A DNA stretch of 64,000 bases from Eledone cirrhosa (GCA_964016885.1 OZ024741.1:53382001-53446000), one strand, 5' to 3'. Numbered from the stretch's first letter, positions 1 to 14,620 are shown. Numbers and translations: made by a program. Notes: generated by a model from the sequence alone, not told the origin.

Positions 1-162
1 TACATTAACAGAGAAAGCTTTAAGCAATACTCCGACCGGCTTCCGTCTCACTCAACAAACATTAGGATATACCTTAGTATAATCCCAATTATACGTTTGG
101 CGTGCTAACTATACGTATTTTGCGGATAGCCAGTTGTATTATTTTATATGAGACATAATTAA

Positions 163-200
<38 letters not shown>

Positions 201-202
<2 letters not shown>

Positions 203-332
203 AAGGCGGGTAAAATTCCCGAGATCCATGGACGAGTTCTCTCCAGCGATCTCTGTCCCTCATTATCGCTGCCATGTCCTGCGTCTCCAACAGACCAGTG
301 TCTGTCCTTAGGGCATCAACATACGTTAACCT

Positions 333-335
<3 letters not shown>
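201..335 (-). mobile_element. 3' fragment of an RTE-type LINE embedded in (TA)n
   Basis: Minus translation [34 protein letters not shown] resembles the RTE/RTEX ORF C-terminus (TYxDxLxxD...MxDRxxW); (TA)n on both sides. Confidence 0.65.
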
Positions 336-414
<79 letters not shown>

Positions 415-984
415 GCTGTGTTTGTGTGTGTGTTTGCCTGTGTGTGTATCCATATATCTGTGTGTGTATCCATATATCTTTATATATATATATGTATGTG
501 TGTATATTCATATGCCATTCTGTGAGCAGATACATACGCACGCACTCATACAGTTTTAAATATGACAAGGCGTTTAATGGAAGTATATTTAGTTATTTAG
601 CCATATAAGTGACGGCGTGTGTTTGTACGCATGCGTGATGGAATATTTTGTAGCCTGGTAGAGGAAGGCGTCCATGATTTTTATATAATTCTGGACATGA
701 CTGTATAAATATATCTGTACCATGAAATTGCTTTTATGTCATTCGGCAATATCTAAGACACACTTACTTGACATCTGCCGTTAGATAAACTCTATGTACA
801 TTTGTATCAATGTAAATATGTATGTATTTATGTATATATGCATATGTAAGTATATGTATGTACGTATATGTATGTATGCATGATGTATTTATGTATGTAT
901 GTATGTAGGCAGGAAGGTAGGTACCTGTACAATGTATGTCTTCATGTATGATGTATGCATGTATATATATATGTATGTATGTAT

Positions 985-1365
985 GTCAGGTCACTCTTGG
1001 GTGCTACTGGTAACATATAACCTAGTACAACCTATCGCATGCTCTGGTCGCCGGCGACTAAACTGATAACCCCACCAAGTTTACTTGGTGAGGAGGGTGA
1101 TTTTGGACACCCTGCAGGACAAAAAACAGAACCTGACAAAGGGCGGAAGAACACATGAGCTAACTACCATCCAAATATGTGTAAATATGTATATACATAT
1201 GTATATATGGATATACATGTATAAATATGTGTACATATGCGCGGGGACATAGAAATAATCGAGCTGGATACACGATTCCGCGGTTAAACCACTGGGAGTG
1301 AAGGACCAGTATCCTTTATCAGGGCATTCTTCTAAGAGAAGGCAACTCAGGAAACTGTAGAACAT
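985..1365 (+). mobile_element. 5' part of RTE-derived non-autonomous element
   Basis: Matches reverse complement of 34980-35170 and 3500-3686, and forward 23610-23840; contains RTE 5'UTR-like 'agagaaggcaactc'; starts after (ATGT)n. Confidence 0.65.
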
Positions 1366-1534
1366 ATATTCAACTTAGTCCCGTAAATCCTGATGTAGTC
1401 CGTCGTTGTATGCAGCGTGTTTTGGGAATTTTAAATACTCGCGGTCCCCATCCTTCTCCAGTTCTGAACAAAACGAATTTCTTCCAGACAGTGACTGTGA
1501 GAGAGAGGTAGTAAGAAAGAGATGTAGAAGAAAA

Positions 1535-1695
1535 ATATAACTCAGTACTAGACTGGTATATTTTTATCAACCTGGTATAGATGAAAGGCAAAGAGGACCT
1601 TAGAGGGGTTTGAACTCAAGCTATAGAGCGACCGAACAAATACAGTAAAGCATTGTATCCGGCGTTCTAAGGACAATACTAATTAGCCGGCCTGA
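1535..1695 (-). mobile_element. degenerate tRNA-derived SINE copy
   Basis: actggta...ttttatcaacc...gatgaaaggcaaag...tttgaactc matches the SINE at 31921-32110 in reverse. Confidence 0.6.
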
Positions 1696-1854
1696 ACGTA
1701 TACCACTGCACCTAAATACCACAAGCCTACTTCATCAATGGCCTCCGTTTAAGAAACACTTAAAACATTTCAATGATACTTAGAAAATGTAGAAAACTCA
1801 AACGTTTGCTATGAACAATGGCGTAGCTAATCTGGTAAAATACCCCTATGGCCG

Positions 1855-2000
1855 TTGCAGGCCATTTCTTTCCATCTATTGGGCTATACTTATACATTTT
1901 CTAAGTATTTCAATCTATTCATTGCTCCGATCTATTCAATGCTTCAACATTGTCGTGTTATTTTTATTGCCACCCTTGCCTTTGATACTTCCCAACATCA
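1855..2000 (-). mobile_element. highly degraded RTE-like 3' fragment
   Basis: Weak minus-strand similarity to RTE C-terminus (MLGSIKGK...DGKKW); broken frames. Confidence 0.3.
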
Positions 2001-2159
2001 TACCTAATTACAAATACTAATTTCATATACAATTGTATAAACTAATTCATCATTGCATATGTCGCAGATAGTTAAAGTTAAAATTTAGAGTTTTTCATTA
2101 GTTTATATATTCAACAAGCTGGAGATCATCACATATTTCCTGAGGCGTTAACTGAACGA

Positions 2160-2352
2160 GACAGCCAGCCTCTTCACTGGACGGGTGCCTGTCCGCTGCA
2201 AGAATTACTCCCTACTCATTTTCTTCATTTAAGTAGATAGGTGTATCATGAAACATAGTGCTTTGCTCAAAGACACTAAACGGCACTCAGCGTGGGAATA
2301 AGATATAAGACATTTCGATCGTGCGCCTAACACCCTGAACCAATGGCCACAT
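2160..2352 (-). mobile_element. degenerate tRNA-derived SINE, second family
   Basis: Minus strand begins gtggccattggttcagggtgtt (A-box-like) followed by gtgtctttgagcaaagcact, similar to 12984-13170. Confidence 0.45.
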
Positions 2353-2782
2353 GCTTATGTAACACTAGTCAATAATATTCACTGATATTCACAATGTACG
2401 GCTACCCAATCAACCAAACATTAATACAATTGCCTCTGTAGTAAATCACATACTATCTAAATACTCATATTCACATACACAGATGCGCACACAGACATAT
2501 ATTTCCATACAAACATACATTGATATATTCATACATACTTAAACAAATACATGCACATATACATAGACAGACACATTGTAGGAACACACGCATACATACA
2601 AAAATACATGCGCATATACTTACACACATACATATATACATATATAGATATCTATGCACAAACATATATACATGCATACATACAAACACACGCACATATA
2701 TACATACATCATACAAACATTCATACATATATACATACATATATACATGCATACACAGACACATACATTACATACCTGCATA

Positions 2783-3379
2783 CATGATGGCTGCCCCCTC
2801 GTGTATCGAGTATCGCCATTGAACGATATACCTTTATTAATAATTATTAATTAATGCTACCAATCAATGCCTGTTCGTGAAGATTTTTTTTTTAAATGAG
2901 AAAAGACTGTGCACTGAGCCAATCCCACTCTCTGCGCGACAGTAGCTGTAACCCTAAAAAGAGAAAAGATTAACATCATTGGTAACTACTAAGCCGCAGG
3001 TTTTATATCGGAGTTATCCCAGTTTCCTGAGTTGACTTCTCCTAGAAGAATACCCTGAGAAAGACTAGGGGTCCTTCACTCCCAGTGCTTTAACCGCACG
3101 ATTGGGTATCCAGCCTGATTATTACAGTGCCCGCGCATACAGGTACATTTGCATACAAGTATATGTATATATAAACACACATACACTACACGCGCACACA
3201 CACACACACACACACAGACACTCGCGCGCGCACGCGCATATGTGAGTAAAACCACACACCCTACATCTCAACTCTACTTTTGAAAAGCTGAAGAAATGAG
3301 AACCGGTAAAAGAACCAAATAAATATATATATTTAAAAAAAAAAAAGACTCCAGTTGCATTTTCGATTTCATCTTTTCT

Positions 3380-3470
<91 letters not shown>

Positions 3471-3686
3471 AATACATATGTATATACATATACATATTTA
3501 CGCACCTTTGGATAGCCGTTGACTCTTATGAGTTCTTTGTGAGGATTTTTTTTCATACAGGTGTCAAAAGTCACCCTCCTCACCAAGCGACCTTGGTGAG
3601 GCTGTTGGGTCAGTCGACGACGAGCCGAACATGTGACAGGTTGTAGTGGGTTACATATTACCAGTAACACTCAAATGTGACCCAAC
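2783..3686 (-). mobile_element. RTE-derived non-autonomous element (subfamily B), interrupted by microsatellites
   Basis: 2783-3120 is a diverged reverse complement of 23750-24072; 3500-3686 matches the family 5' end; (TACA)n flanks. Confidence 0.65.
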
Positions 3687-4160
3687 ATACATACATACAT
3701 ACAGGCATACATACATACATACATGCATGCATACGTATATATATGCATGCATATACATGCATACATACACACCCATACATGAATACAAACCTTGATACAT
3801 ATATACATATACATGCATACATACATGCATGCATACGTACTTATATGCATGCATATACATGCGCACACACACATACATACACATGCATACATACATACAC
3901 ATGCATACATACAGGCATACAAACATTCATTCATATATATATATATACATACATACACACACATACCGCACACACACATATACAAACCGCACATACATAC
4001 AAATACACACATACATACATACATACATACATACATACATACATACATACATACATACATACATACATACATACATACATACATACATACATACATACAT
4101 ACATACATACGTAAATACATATATACATGCATACATATATACATACATACATACATACTT
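3686..4160. repeat. (TACA)n compound microsatellite
   Basis: Direct tandem TACA units, pure at about 4010-4110. Confidence 0.95.
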
Positions 4161-4711
4161 AGCAATCCGATATCTTTGATAAGTAAAAATATTATATTAG
4201 ACAGTCTTACTAGTCTAGCAATGATCTTCTTGGTTCGAAAGTACTTATCAGTCTGCTGAATAACTTCACTGAAACAGACGATATCAACAAAAACATACAT
4301 TTATTCATTACCATTGCCTGTTTTTTTTTCATTATTTCACTCACTCTCACTTCCTCTCTTCCTCTCTCTCTCCCCCTCTCTATCTGCATTGTATGGGGTG
4401 TATTTTTTAAGATATCAAAACATAGGTAAACAAACACGTACAACTATATACACACACTTGCGTACACACATCTATTTACACGGGCGTATATATATATATA
4501 TATACATACTTACACGCACACGCACATACAAATTTGCACATACCCCCACACACGCACTCACACAAAACAATAACTAGAAATATACACATAAACGCGTATA
4601 TGCATACGCTTGTATATACGCACATATTTATAAACATACCTACATAAAAATATACCTATATACCTATCTACATACATACATACATAGAATCATACATACA
4701 TACATACATAA

Positions 4712-5530
4712 AACACAGACCATAGAGGGGATAAACCACTCAAAAATCCTGGCATGGAGTTCCGACAAGTTTATGACATCACACCTTGAGGGATATCTCT
4801 ATGCAATACAGGAACAAGAACTCCCTACCAAATATCTGCTGCACAAAAGAGGAGGGCCAGCAGCTGACAATAAATGTAGGCTATGTAAAACAAAGATCGA
4901 GGATGTAAGCCACATTGTTGCCAGCTGCGAAAGAATGTCATCTCGCTACTACCTCCCCATGAGACACGATGGGATAGCTAGAACCATCTGGAACGCACTT
5001 CGGAAAACAAAATTAACAACAAACGAGGAAGAATATATTGAGACAGATGGCACTAAGGAATACTGGTGGAACCTGAAAATAAAAACTGCCACCAAATTAA
5101 AGCACAACCGGCATGATATTGTTGTTTGGGACCACACATTGAAAACGTGTTCTGTTGTGGAGATCAGCTGCCCACTTGATGTAAACGTTGTCAGAAAAAT
5201 ACAGGAGAAGGAGGACATCTACGGACCATTGATGAGAAGTTTACAAATCCAGTATCCAAGATACACCTTTAGCTTCATACCCATCATTATTGGGGCTACG
5301 GGTTATATACCAACCCGCTTGGACCAAAGTATGACTGAACTTGGATTTGCGGACAAAAAGTGCAGCTCCCTAATTCATAGTCTACAAATGGCTGCGATAG
5401 CTGGCACCTTCAAAATTTGCAAAACATTCTTGCGATTCAAGGGATGACAATTTCTTTTCTTTTACAACCTTGCCACCAGGAAGGTGGCCGGTCAAAAAAA
5501 TATACTCGAAATTAAGAGAAAGAGAAAACA
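4712..5530 (+). mobile_element. 5'-truncated R4/Dong-clade LINE (zinc knuckle + REL endonuclease) in (TACA)n
   Basis: ORF 4773-5447 has CRLCK..EDVSHIVASC, RHD, HNRHDIVVWD...VEISCP...KEDIY, IPIIIGATG. The 3' UTR ends in a TACA tail. catacatacatagaatc occurs on both flanks (probable TSD). Confidence 0.9.
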
Positions 5531-5574
5531 TACATACATAGAATCCTACAAACATACATAGAATCATACATATA

Positions 5575-5957
5575 TGGAGGCTGCCAACTCGTTTTCGAGT
5601 ACGGCCACTACTTTATATCCATGTAGGAGAACCTCTACCGATGCGCTAAACGAGTGCGACTTTTTAGTACAGCCAGCGACTTGAAAACTCTGGTACAAAC
5701 ACTACACTTGTGACAATTATTGACACATAGTGCTGGGCCCATGGTACCATGTGACGACAAGTGCAGAGAGATCTCCAGATATAAAGCAATACTGTGCCGT
5801 GAAACTTTTATAGTGAGCAAAGGCACTGCACAAAGCCAGTCCCACTCTCTTAACCAAGATGATATTTACCAAAAAGAAGAACAAGTCAACATCATTGGAT
5901 ACCATCAGAGTTGCAGGTGTTATATCAGAGGTTTCCTTCTCCTAGAATTCTGCCTTA
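5575..5957 (-). mobile_element. RTE-derived non-autonomous element (subfamily A), 3' part
   Basis: Near-identical to 34561-34945; encodes the remnant C2H2-like finger CSVCTRVFKSLAVLKSRTRLAH. Confidence 0.75.
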
Positions 5958-6099
5958 TACATGAGTGATTGTACATATACTCTCTTCCGGTGATTATATG
6001 CACAATCACACATGTATAAACGCACACACAATTTCTGTTATAGTTAGATATATATTTATTGGGAACTTTTGAGGAAGGAAATATTACTGCAAATTTACC

Positions 6100-6540
6100 C
6101 ACCCCACTCATGCGCACACACACACACAACACCATCTATACTAAGAAATAAAGTAACAAAATAAAATTATAGAACATCACCGCTGCAATCACCACCACTA
6201 CTACCACCACAACCACCACCACACCACCAACACTACCACCATCACCAGCATCACTACCACCACCAGAATACCCCCCCCACACACACCGCTACCACCACAA
6301 CCACCACCCCACACACAACAACATCTCTACTAAGAAATAAAGTAACCAAAGAAAGTTATAGAACATCACCGCTGCAATCAACACCACTACTACCACCACT
6401 ACTACCACCACTACCATCACAGCCACCACCAACACCAACACCACCACCACCTCCACCAACACCACCACCAACACTACCACCAACATCACAACCACCAACA
6501 CCACCACCCCAAACATTACAACCACCAGCGGCAACAACGA
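6100..6540. repeat. ~190-bp imperfect duplication with (ACC)n low-complexity tracts
   Basis: ctactaagaaataaagtaac...ttatagaacatcaccgctgcaatca occurs at ~6140-6190 and ~6327-6380, each followed by CCA/ACC repeats. Confidence 0.7.
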
Positions 6541-7156
6541 TATTATAAACGCTTAAATCGGAACGATATGAGAAATGTAATGCCTACAGCTGACACGTTT
6601 TATCAAAGTAACGAAATAAAATATAAAAATAGATGTGTAAAACAAATCAAAATGATGTCGGCCATTTTGAAAATATGTATATTGAATGGTAATTGCCTAA
6701 ATTTACACAAATTGCTACGTTACTAAATAGCAATGGTAATAAGGAGAGAAGACAATTGAATGATACGAGGGTAAAGGGGCAAAGGAGTGAAGGAAAGGAA
6801 ACCACGAAGAATAAAACCAAGAATGTTTAATACAGGCTAAGAACAATCTAGAACAGTCAAGCAATTATATTAACAGATGAAGTGGAGAATCAAACATCTT
6901 TCAGCAACTTCCCCTTCTCCATCACCATCGTCTCTAACCTCATCACCAGATCATCCATCAACGCCACAAGTTTTATGTTAGTAAATATGTAAATAGGTTA
7001 ATACATTTAATACATACACGCACGCGCATACACGTATATGCACACACGAAAACATTCATACACACACACACATACACACGCACACACACACACACAAAGA
7101 AGCAGACATATAAATACGAACGATAACATCAATATTAATATACATATATATATGCG

Positions 7157-7221
<65 letters not shown>

Positions 7222-7806
7222 GCATATACTTATATATATATATTTATAGTGATAACATTTACTATCAATAAGTCTTCCGTAACAACAACAATAACAACAA
7301 TCACATAACTATTATAAACAGCAAATGCATTTTCAAGAACAATATGTTAAAAAGAAAACAAAACACTAAATTCATTAGAAATACCAGCATAATGTTTTAT
7401 ATCGACTTCAAAAAGCTACATAAAACAATAATAGCAATAACAAGAATCGTAACAATGACAACAACCGTAATAATAACAACAGTAGCAATTGCAACAACAT
7501 CACCACCAGCAGGAACAGCAGTAATGGAATGGAATATAAATAAATAAAAATTATATATACACTAAAGAAGAGCATCAATACAAACTGCGATATGTTCGTA
7601 CAGAATTAGGAGGGAAAAGAGAACTATAAAATTTAAAACAAATATTCATGAAAATATTCTTTAAGAATATAAAATATGTTTATAAAATTTAACTAATAAT
7701 ACAACAAAATATCCACACGAATAATCACTACACACACACATATATGTAAATATGTAAATGTATATATATATATAAGTGTTTCTGTCTATATGTATATTTA
7801 TATATC

Positions 7807-7902
<96 letters not shown>

Positions 7903-7933
7903 CGTATATATATATGCATCTATAAATATACGA

Positions 7934-8007
<74 letters not shown>

Positions 8008-8088
8008 ATATATATGTATATATATGTATATGTTTGTGTGTATGTGTGTGTGTGTGTGTGTATGTGTGTGTGTGTGTATGTATGTATT

Positions 8089-8142
<54 letters not shown>

Positions 8143-8172
8143 CATACACACACACACACACACACACGCACA

Positions 8173-8221
<49 letters not shown>

Positions 8222-8399
8222 TCGCACGCAACGGTACGGGCATACACATTTGTGTGCGGGGAGCTGCTTCGAAAAATGGACTGGAAAAATATATATATAT
8301 AATTTCGATAATATTGATCCCTATAATTAGAAATCAAATGATTACATGTGTTCACGTGCTGTTGCCTCTGCTGCCACTACTGTTAGTAACAATAATAAT

Positions 8400-8620
8400 A
8401 ATGATTTCTCATTTACGCACAATGCCAACACATTTGGAAGAAGCGAAACTGGATTAGATCGACTCCTGTGTATTAATGGTACTTTATTTTATCGACCCCC
8501 ATAAGGATGAAAGGCAAAGCTAAACCCCAGTGGGATTTGCATACAGAACATAAAGCGTCATAAAATCTATGCTGTAAAACATGTTGTCCGATGCTCTACC
8601 GATACTGACAATCCACCACC
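8400..8620 (-). mobile_element. tRNA-derived Meta-domain-like SINE
   Basis: tggtactttattttatcgacccc...ggatgaaaggcaaag...ctctaccgatactgacaatccacc (reverse of SINE head and core). Confidence 0.75.
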
Positions 8621-8623
8621 ATA

Positions 8624-9060
8624 ATAATTTCTTTATTGGCCACAAGTTCCGATGGAACAAGGGGGGGGGGGGGGGGCTTTACAAAAAATCAAGTAAAAAG
8701 ATAACAAAGAAGAAATAAGTACAATTATAACAATGAAATTCTCCTATAGGGAAGAGTACCACGTAGGGATAACTCAGGAATCCAGCCAAACATAAACCAT
8801 CCTACTCTCCAAGAGCACCCTAGGAGGGCGCCCCCATCTCTCCAAACTATTCAGCTTAAAGGCGCGTGGTCAGAGTATGCCCATTATTTGGGACTATCCT
8901 TGCTACATTCACCCATCTTTTAACAAATGTGTTGGGTGTCAGGACTTCCGTCTTTATCCTTACCTTCCTTTCCAAGTGGAATTTGAAAAAGGCCAAAATA
9001 AGGTGGTGAGGAGATCTTCACAGTCGTTTCAGTCACTAATGAACGCGTGTCCAGAATAAT
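8624..9060 (-). mobile_element. Tx1-clade LINE 3' fragment
   Basis: 3' end tttctttattggccacaag matches the Tx1 ends at 53923 and 59288; minus translation FFKFHLERKVR matches the Tx1 ORF2 C-terminus. Confidence 0.75.
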
Positions 9061-9389
9061 TACATTACTCCGCACGCGTCTTGTACAGTTTCGACAAAAA
9101 CTCTACAGACACAGAAATGGGGTATGAAGGGTACGAACAGAATGTTTGACGGTCAGCTCTTTGGTTTTGAAGAGCACTGAAATGGATGCTTATTGCTTGG
9201 ATTTGGTAATAATCTTTTACATCGAGCATTATACCATTCTATGGTCTTTCACACTAATTTTGAGGTGTTACCTCTACCCGACTCGATCTTATCGCAACAG
9301 TTCTGTAAATGGGCGACCTCAAAATAAGCAAATCTTCAGATTCTCAAGATAACACTTTTTCTTGATTCAGTCACCAATAATAGTAATAA

Positions 9390-10110
9390 TAATTCTTTCT
9401 ACTTTAGGCACAAAGTCAGCAATTTAAAGGTGAAGGAAAAGTCGATTAAATCGACCCCAGTGCATTACTGGTGCTTTATTTTATCGACTCCGTAAGGATG
9501 AAAGACATAGCTAACGTCGACGGGATTTGAACTCAGAACGTAAAGAAGTGTAAGTCTATAATAATAATAATAGTTTTTGATTTAGGCAGAAAGCCGCCAA
9601 CAATTTTTGGGAGGTGACAGTTGATTAGATCGACACCAGTGCGATACTGGTACTTTATTTTATCGACCACGTAAGGATGAAAGGCAAAGCTAACCTCGAC
9701 GGGATTTGAACTCAGAACGTAAAGGACCGTAACTGTATAATAATTGTTTCTACGTTAGGCACAAGGCCAGCAATTACCCAGTGTATTACTGGTACTTTAT
9801 TTTATCGACCCCGTAAGGATGAAAGGCAAAGTTAACCTCGGCGGGATTTGAACTCAGAATGGCAAGGGCCGTAACTCTATGCGTCAAAGCATGGCGTCCG
9901 ACCCTCTACCGATAATGGTTTCTTATATAGGCACAAGGCCATCAATTTTGGAGCAAGGAAAGTCGATTAAATTGACCCCAGTGCGTCACTGGTACTTTAT
10001 TTTATCGACCTCGTAAGGATGAAAGGAAAAGTTAACCAGGACGTAAAAGGCCGTAACTTTATGCTGCAAAGCATGGCGTCCGACCTTCTACCGATACTGC
10101 CAATCCACCG
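9390..10110 (-). mobile_element. head-to-tail array of four SINE copies
   Basis: Four repeats of gcacaagg...actggtactttattttatcgac...ggatgaaaggcaaag, starting at ~9394, ~9575, ~9745 and ~9918, separated by short TAA tracts. Confidence 0.85.
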
Positions 10111-10394
10111 TAACTGTATAATAATAATAATTACAATAATCATGAAATTAGTAATGATGATTATTATTACAATTCATAACATTTACATGGTTAGGGTAAC
10201 CAAACAACATTAAACCAATCAGATATAAGTTAAATAGCGATTGAAATGAAAAAGGTTTAAAAAATACATTCCACTAAAAAATACCGAATTTTCTACGTTT
10301 CCGCCATTATAACTTTCCTCCTACACGTTAATTTCTGTATTCCCTTTTCTTACAGCTCCACACCCACACATACATTCATATAGTGCCTTTGCTA

Positions 10395-10775
10395 CCTCTC
10401 TCTGTCCCTCACTATGTCTCTCTCTCTCTCACTCTCTCCCCCTCTCTCCCCCTCTCTCCCCCCTCTCTCTATCTGTGTCTCTCTTTCTCTCTCTCTCTCC
10501 CTCACCCCTCTCTCTCTCTTCCCCCCACCCCTCTCTGTCTCTCTCTCTCCCTCACCCTCTCTCTCTCTTTCCCTCATCTCTCTCTTTCTATCTCTCTCCT
10601 TATCTTATACTTCCCACCTCTTTCGCCCTCTTTTTGTATCTCTGTTAACTACTTTCCCTTTTTCTTTTCACTAACTTTCATTCAATTTTTCGCTTTCTTT
10701 CTTCCACAAACATACTCAATCTTCGTTTCTCGAAGGTTTTTCTCCCACCTCCTTTTCTTTAGCTCTTCTTTCTTT

Positions 10776-10855
<80 letters not shown>
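10395..10855. repeat. (CT)n polypyrimidine microsatellite region
   Basis: Direct CT repeats. Confidence 0.9.
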
Positions 10856-10857
<2 letters not shown>

Positions 10858-11442
10858 CTTTCCCACTCGTCTCTTTTTTAGTTCTTCCCTTCTTAATAAT
10901 GTTTTTTTCTCTTCCTCTAGCAATTATTTGTATTTCTCTCCTTCTCCCACTCTCCCCCTCTCTCTCTTACACACTTTTTTTCTCTCTGTTTTGTAATATT
11001 TTTGTGTCAACTGCCTTGTCATTTCTTTCTTTTTCGCCCTTGCTGTATATCACATAGCTCTTGCGGTCTCCCTTTCTCTCATCTATCTCTTCAATCTCTC
11101 CTCGCTTTAAATTTTATAGGTTATCTTTCTTCTCGCTCATTCCTCACCTTGGTTCGCTTTTCATACTCTCTCATTTCCTCCCTTTCTTCCCACCCATGCG
11201 CCCTTTCTCTATATATTTCTCTATTTCTTTCTCATTTACTGAATATGTTTCTAACACTTTTTCTCCCAGTTCAAGTTATGCTACTCCACTCCGAACTCCA
11301 TACTCCATCATTCTCACCCCTAATTATTAGTTTCCAAATGCCTCTCCCTCTCTCTCTGTCTCTCTCTCTCTATATATATATATCACTATATATGTAAGTA
11401 AATATATATTACTATAAATATAAAGATACACACACACACACT

Positions 11443-11506
<64 letters not shown>

Positions 11507-12112
11507 TATATATATATAGGTATGTTTGTGTGTGTATACATACATATACATCCATATATATTTGTAGTTATCTAGTTATGTATCTTAATACCTTTATCTA
11601 TCTATCTATCTATCTATCTATTTTAGTCCAGAAATAGCCGTCGAAACGGCTTGAGCTCTGCCGTCGGGGTCATGCTTTTTCCTATATATATATATATATA
11701 TATATAATATGTATGTGTGTGTGTGTATGTGTCAATCTGTCTCTTCCACTACTCTACATTGTTTCCCAGGTCTATTCCCTCCCCTACTTCTCTCCTCTCA
11801 TCCATCTCCCTCTCCTCCTCCTTTTACCCATTCTTTCTCCTGCATTGATTTCCCATCCCAAAGGACGTAATCTTTCCAGAAAACAATACAGCATTAATGA
11901 AACGAAAACAATCCACCATCTTATCTTACTTCTGCTCTCTTTACCTTTCTATAATTGTTGTTTTTGCACTCTCGTCTTGGCTTTCTCAGACGCACGCACA
12001 CATACACATATACACACCACCACAACCACAACCAGCAACACCACCACCACCACCATCTCACTACACAACACCAACACTAATTAGCCAGCAGGACTTGTAA
12101 TTTGGTTGTAAT

Positions 12113-12114
12113 TA

Positions 12115-12155
<41 letters not shown>

Positions 12156-12207
12156 TGTAGTAGTATTGGTGGTGGTGGTGGTGGTGGTGGTGGTGGTGGT
12201 GATGGTG

Positions 12208-12290
<83 letters not shown>

Positions 12291-12366
12291 GGTGGTGGTG
12301 GTGGTAGTGTGGTGGTGGTGGTGCTGGTGGTGGTGGTGGTGGTGGTAGTAGTAGTAGTAGTAGTGT
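12113..12366. repeat. (TAG)n/(TGG)n compound trinucleotide microsatellite
   Basis: Direct tandem repeats. Confidence 0.95.
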
Positions 12367-12789
12367 TGGTAATGGGTGATAGTAGAACTTTCAGTGTTTT
12401 GTGCAGTGATTGTTATGACGGTGGTGGTGGTGCTGGAAGCGATGGATGTGATAAAGATTGTGGTGGTATTGGTGGGGAGGGGGATCGTCTTTTACCCTTT
12501 AGCATCTTACCATTGTTGTTGTTGTTGTTGTTATTGTTGTTGTTGTTGTGGTTGATGGTGATGTTGTGGTTGATGGTGATTTAGTCATATATATGTATGA
12601 TCAAAAGACATTCCAGCAAAGACCATCCCATTTTATTAGGGGATATATTGTTGTTGTCAGTCAGTAGTCGGTTGCAACGATGAGTCTTACAGTTGCCTGA
12701 ACATCGCAACAACATGTTCGTGGAAATTTCTCGTAAGAGTCTTAGCATGCCACATATGTCTATACGGTTTAACGTAGTTTTTCAAGGAG

Positions 12790-12962
12790 ATACAGCCTGA
12801 TAACTAGTGGGACAAGGCTGACTCTTTGAATTACAGGTTGGAGCAGCTAAATGGACCGGAGTAAAGTAAAATATAGCGTCTTTCTCAATGTCCCACTCGC
12901 CGCCGTGAATTGAACTCACAAACATTCGATCGTGAGTCGTTCTCCCTATCCATTAAACCACG
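12790..12962 (-). mobile_element. degenerate tRNA-derived SINE
   Basis: Minus strand: gtggtttaatggatag (A box) ... gtgagttcaattc (B box). Confidence 0.5.
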
Positions 12963-12983
12963 TATTTATACAAGGAATATACC

Positions 12984-13170
12984 TGGCCTAGTGGTTAGGG
13001 TGTTGGAAAGATTACTAGACCGGGTTGTGTGTTGTGTTCTTGAGTAAAGCACTTCATGTTTCCTTGATCCAGTAGACTCAGTTTGAAACGAGTACCAGCA
13101 GTAACAGTAGGTTAACCTTGTGATGGTCTGGTGTTTTGTTCAGGGGGAAGTCTTGTACTGTCAGTCACTT
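12984..13170 (+). mobile_element. degenerate tRNA-derived SINE
   Basis: tggcctagtggttagggtgttgg A-box head, then gttgtgttcttgagtaaagcactt...gagtaccagc core. Confidence 0.5.
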
Positions 13171-13569
13171 AACAAGAAAAAGCACCTACCTGATAAGCAT
13201 CTGGGTTGAGATACACTTTAAATTTACTTTTATTTACCTTTATATATTTTTTTTTATAGAGGCGAATAATCCAGTGAACCAGAGAGTGATATGAGGGAGT
13301 TTTGACTGTTATTTCTTATAGAGTGAGTTTCCCACCAACTGTTTCCCCTCTGGCGTTCATGATTTTGTTGTTAGTCGTGGAGACGGTGTTAGTGGTGGTG
13401 ATAGAAGTGATGGTGGCAGTGTTTATCTACAATGGAAATTAGTATCTTGCAATATTGGCGGTATTGGGTGGGTGGTTGGTATTGATGCCAGAATTCGCAC
13501 TAGTGGTGTTAATGGTAGTAATAAGAGGAGTAGTGTAGTGTTCCTGATATTGATAGTATTGGAAATAAT

Positions 13570-13724
13570 TGTTTCTACGTTTGGCACAACGCCAGCAATT
13601 ATTCCAATTATTACTGGTACTTTATTTTATCGACCGCGTAAGGATGAAAGGCAAAGTTAACCTCGGCGGGATTTGAACTCAGACCATAAAGGGCCGTAAC
13701 TCTTTGCTGCAAAGCATGGAGTCC
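13570..13724 (-). mobile_element. 5'-truncated SINE with 12-bp TSD
   Basis: SINE core; attggaaataat at 13558-13569 and 13725-13736. Confidence 0.85.
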
Positions 13725-14519
13725 ATTGGAAATAATGGTGGGGTAATGGTAATGGTATAGTTGGTGATATTGATGGCCTCGGTTTTGTGAGGTGCTGGTG
13801 AAGTGGTAGTAGTAAATGCTGATGTAATGATAGTTGTAGTAATGATGTAATGATAGTTGTAGTAATGATGTTAATGATAGTTGTAGAGGTGGTAGAGGTG
13901 GTAGTAGTAGTGGTGCTGGTACAGGGTGGTAGTTTCCATTGTGGTGGTAGTAATAGTGATTGTGGTTGTAGTAGTGGTGGTTGTAGTGATGGTGGTAGTG
14001 GTTGGTGTGCAGTTGTGATGGTATTAATGGCTGTTGCGATGATGATACTGGTTGAAGTGGTGGTGGTGCGGTGGTGGTATTGTTGGAAGTAATGGTTAGG
14101 GGTAAGGGTGTAGTCGTGTTGTTGGATGTGATGGTTCAAGTGGTGTGGTAGGGTAGAGGTGTAGTGGTGATTGTATTGATGGTGGTTGCTGTGGCGTTGG
14201 TGGTGTGTTGTTTTCGGTGGAATTGGTAGTGGTAGGGAGTGTAGTGCCGATGGCATTGATACAATGGTTATGATATTGATGGTGGTTGGAGCAGTAGTGG
14301 CGGTGTTTCTGGTGTATGGTATTTTGTTACACTTCACGTTGTTTTCAAGAATTTTTGCCCCGTGGGAAATTTGATCCAGTTATTATATGTTTCTGCTATT
14401 TTCTTGATTGCTTTTTTTAATTTTTATTTTATTCATTATATTTATTATCATATGCGATAACAATTAAATATAAATAATATATATAAATAAATAAATATAA
14501 TATATATATATATATATAT

Positions 14520-14620
<101 letters not shown>

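Noticed and set aside
12102-12584. Poly-V/G/S ORF
   Set aside because: TAG/TGG trinucleotide repeats.
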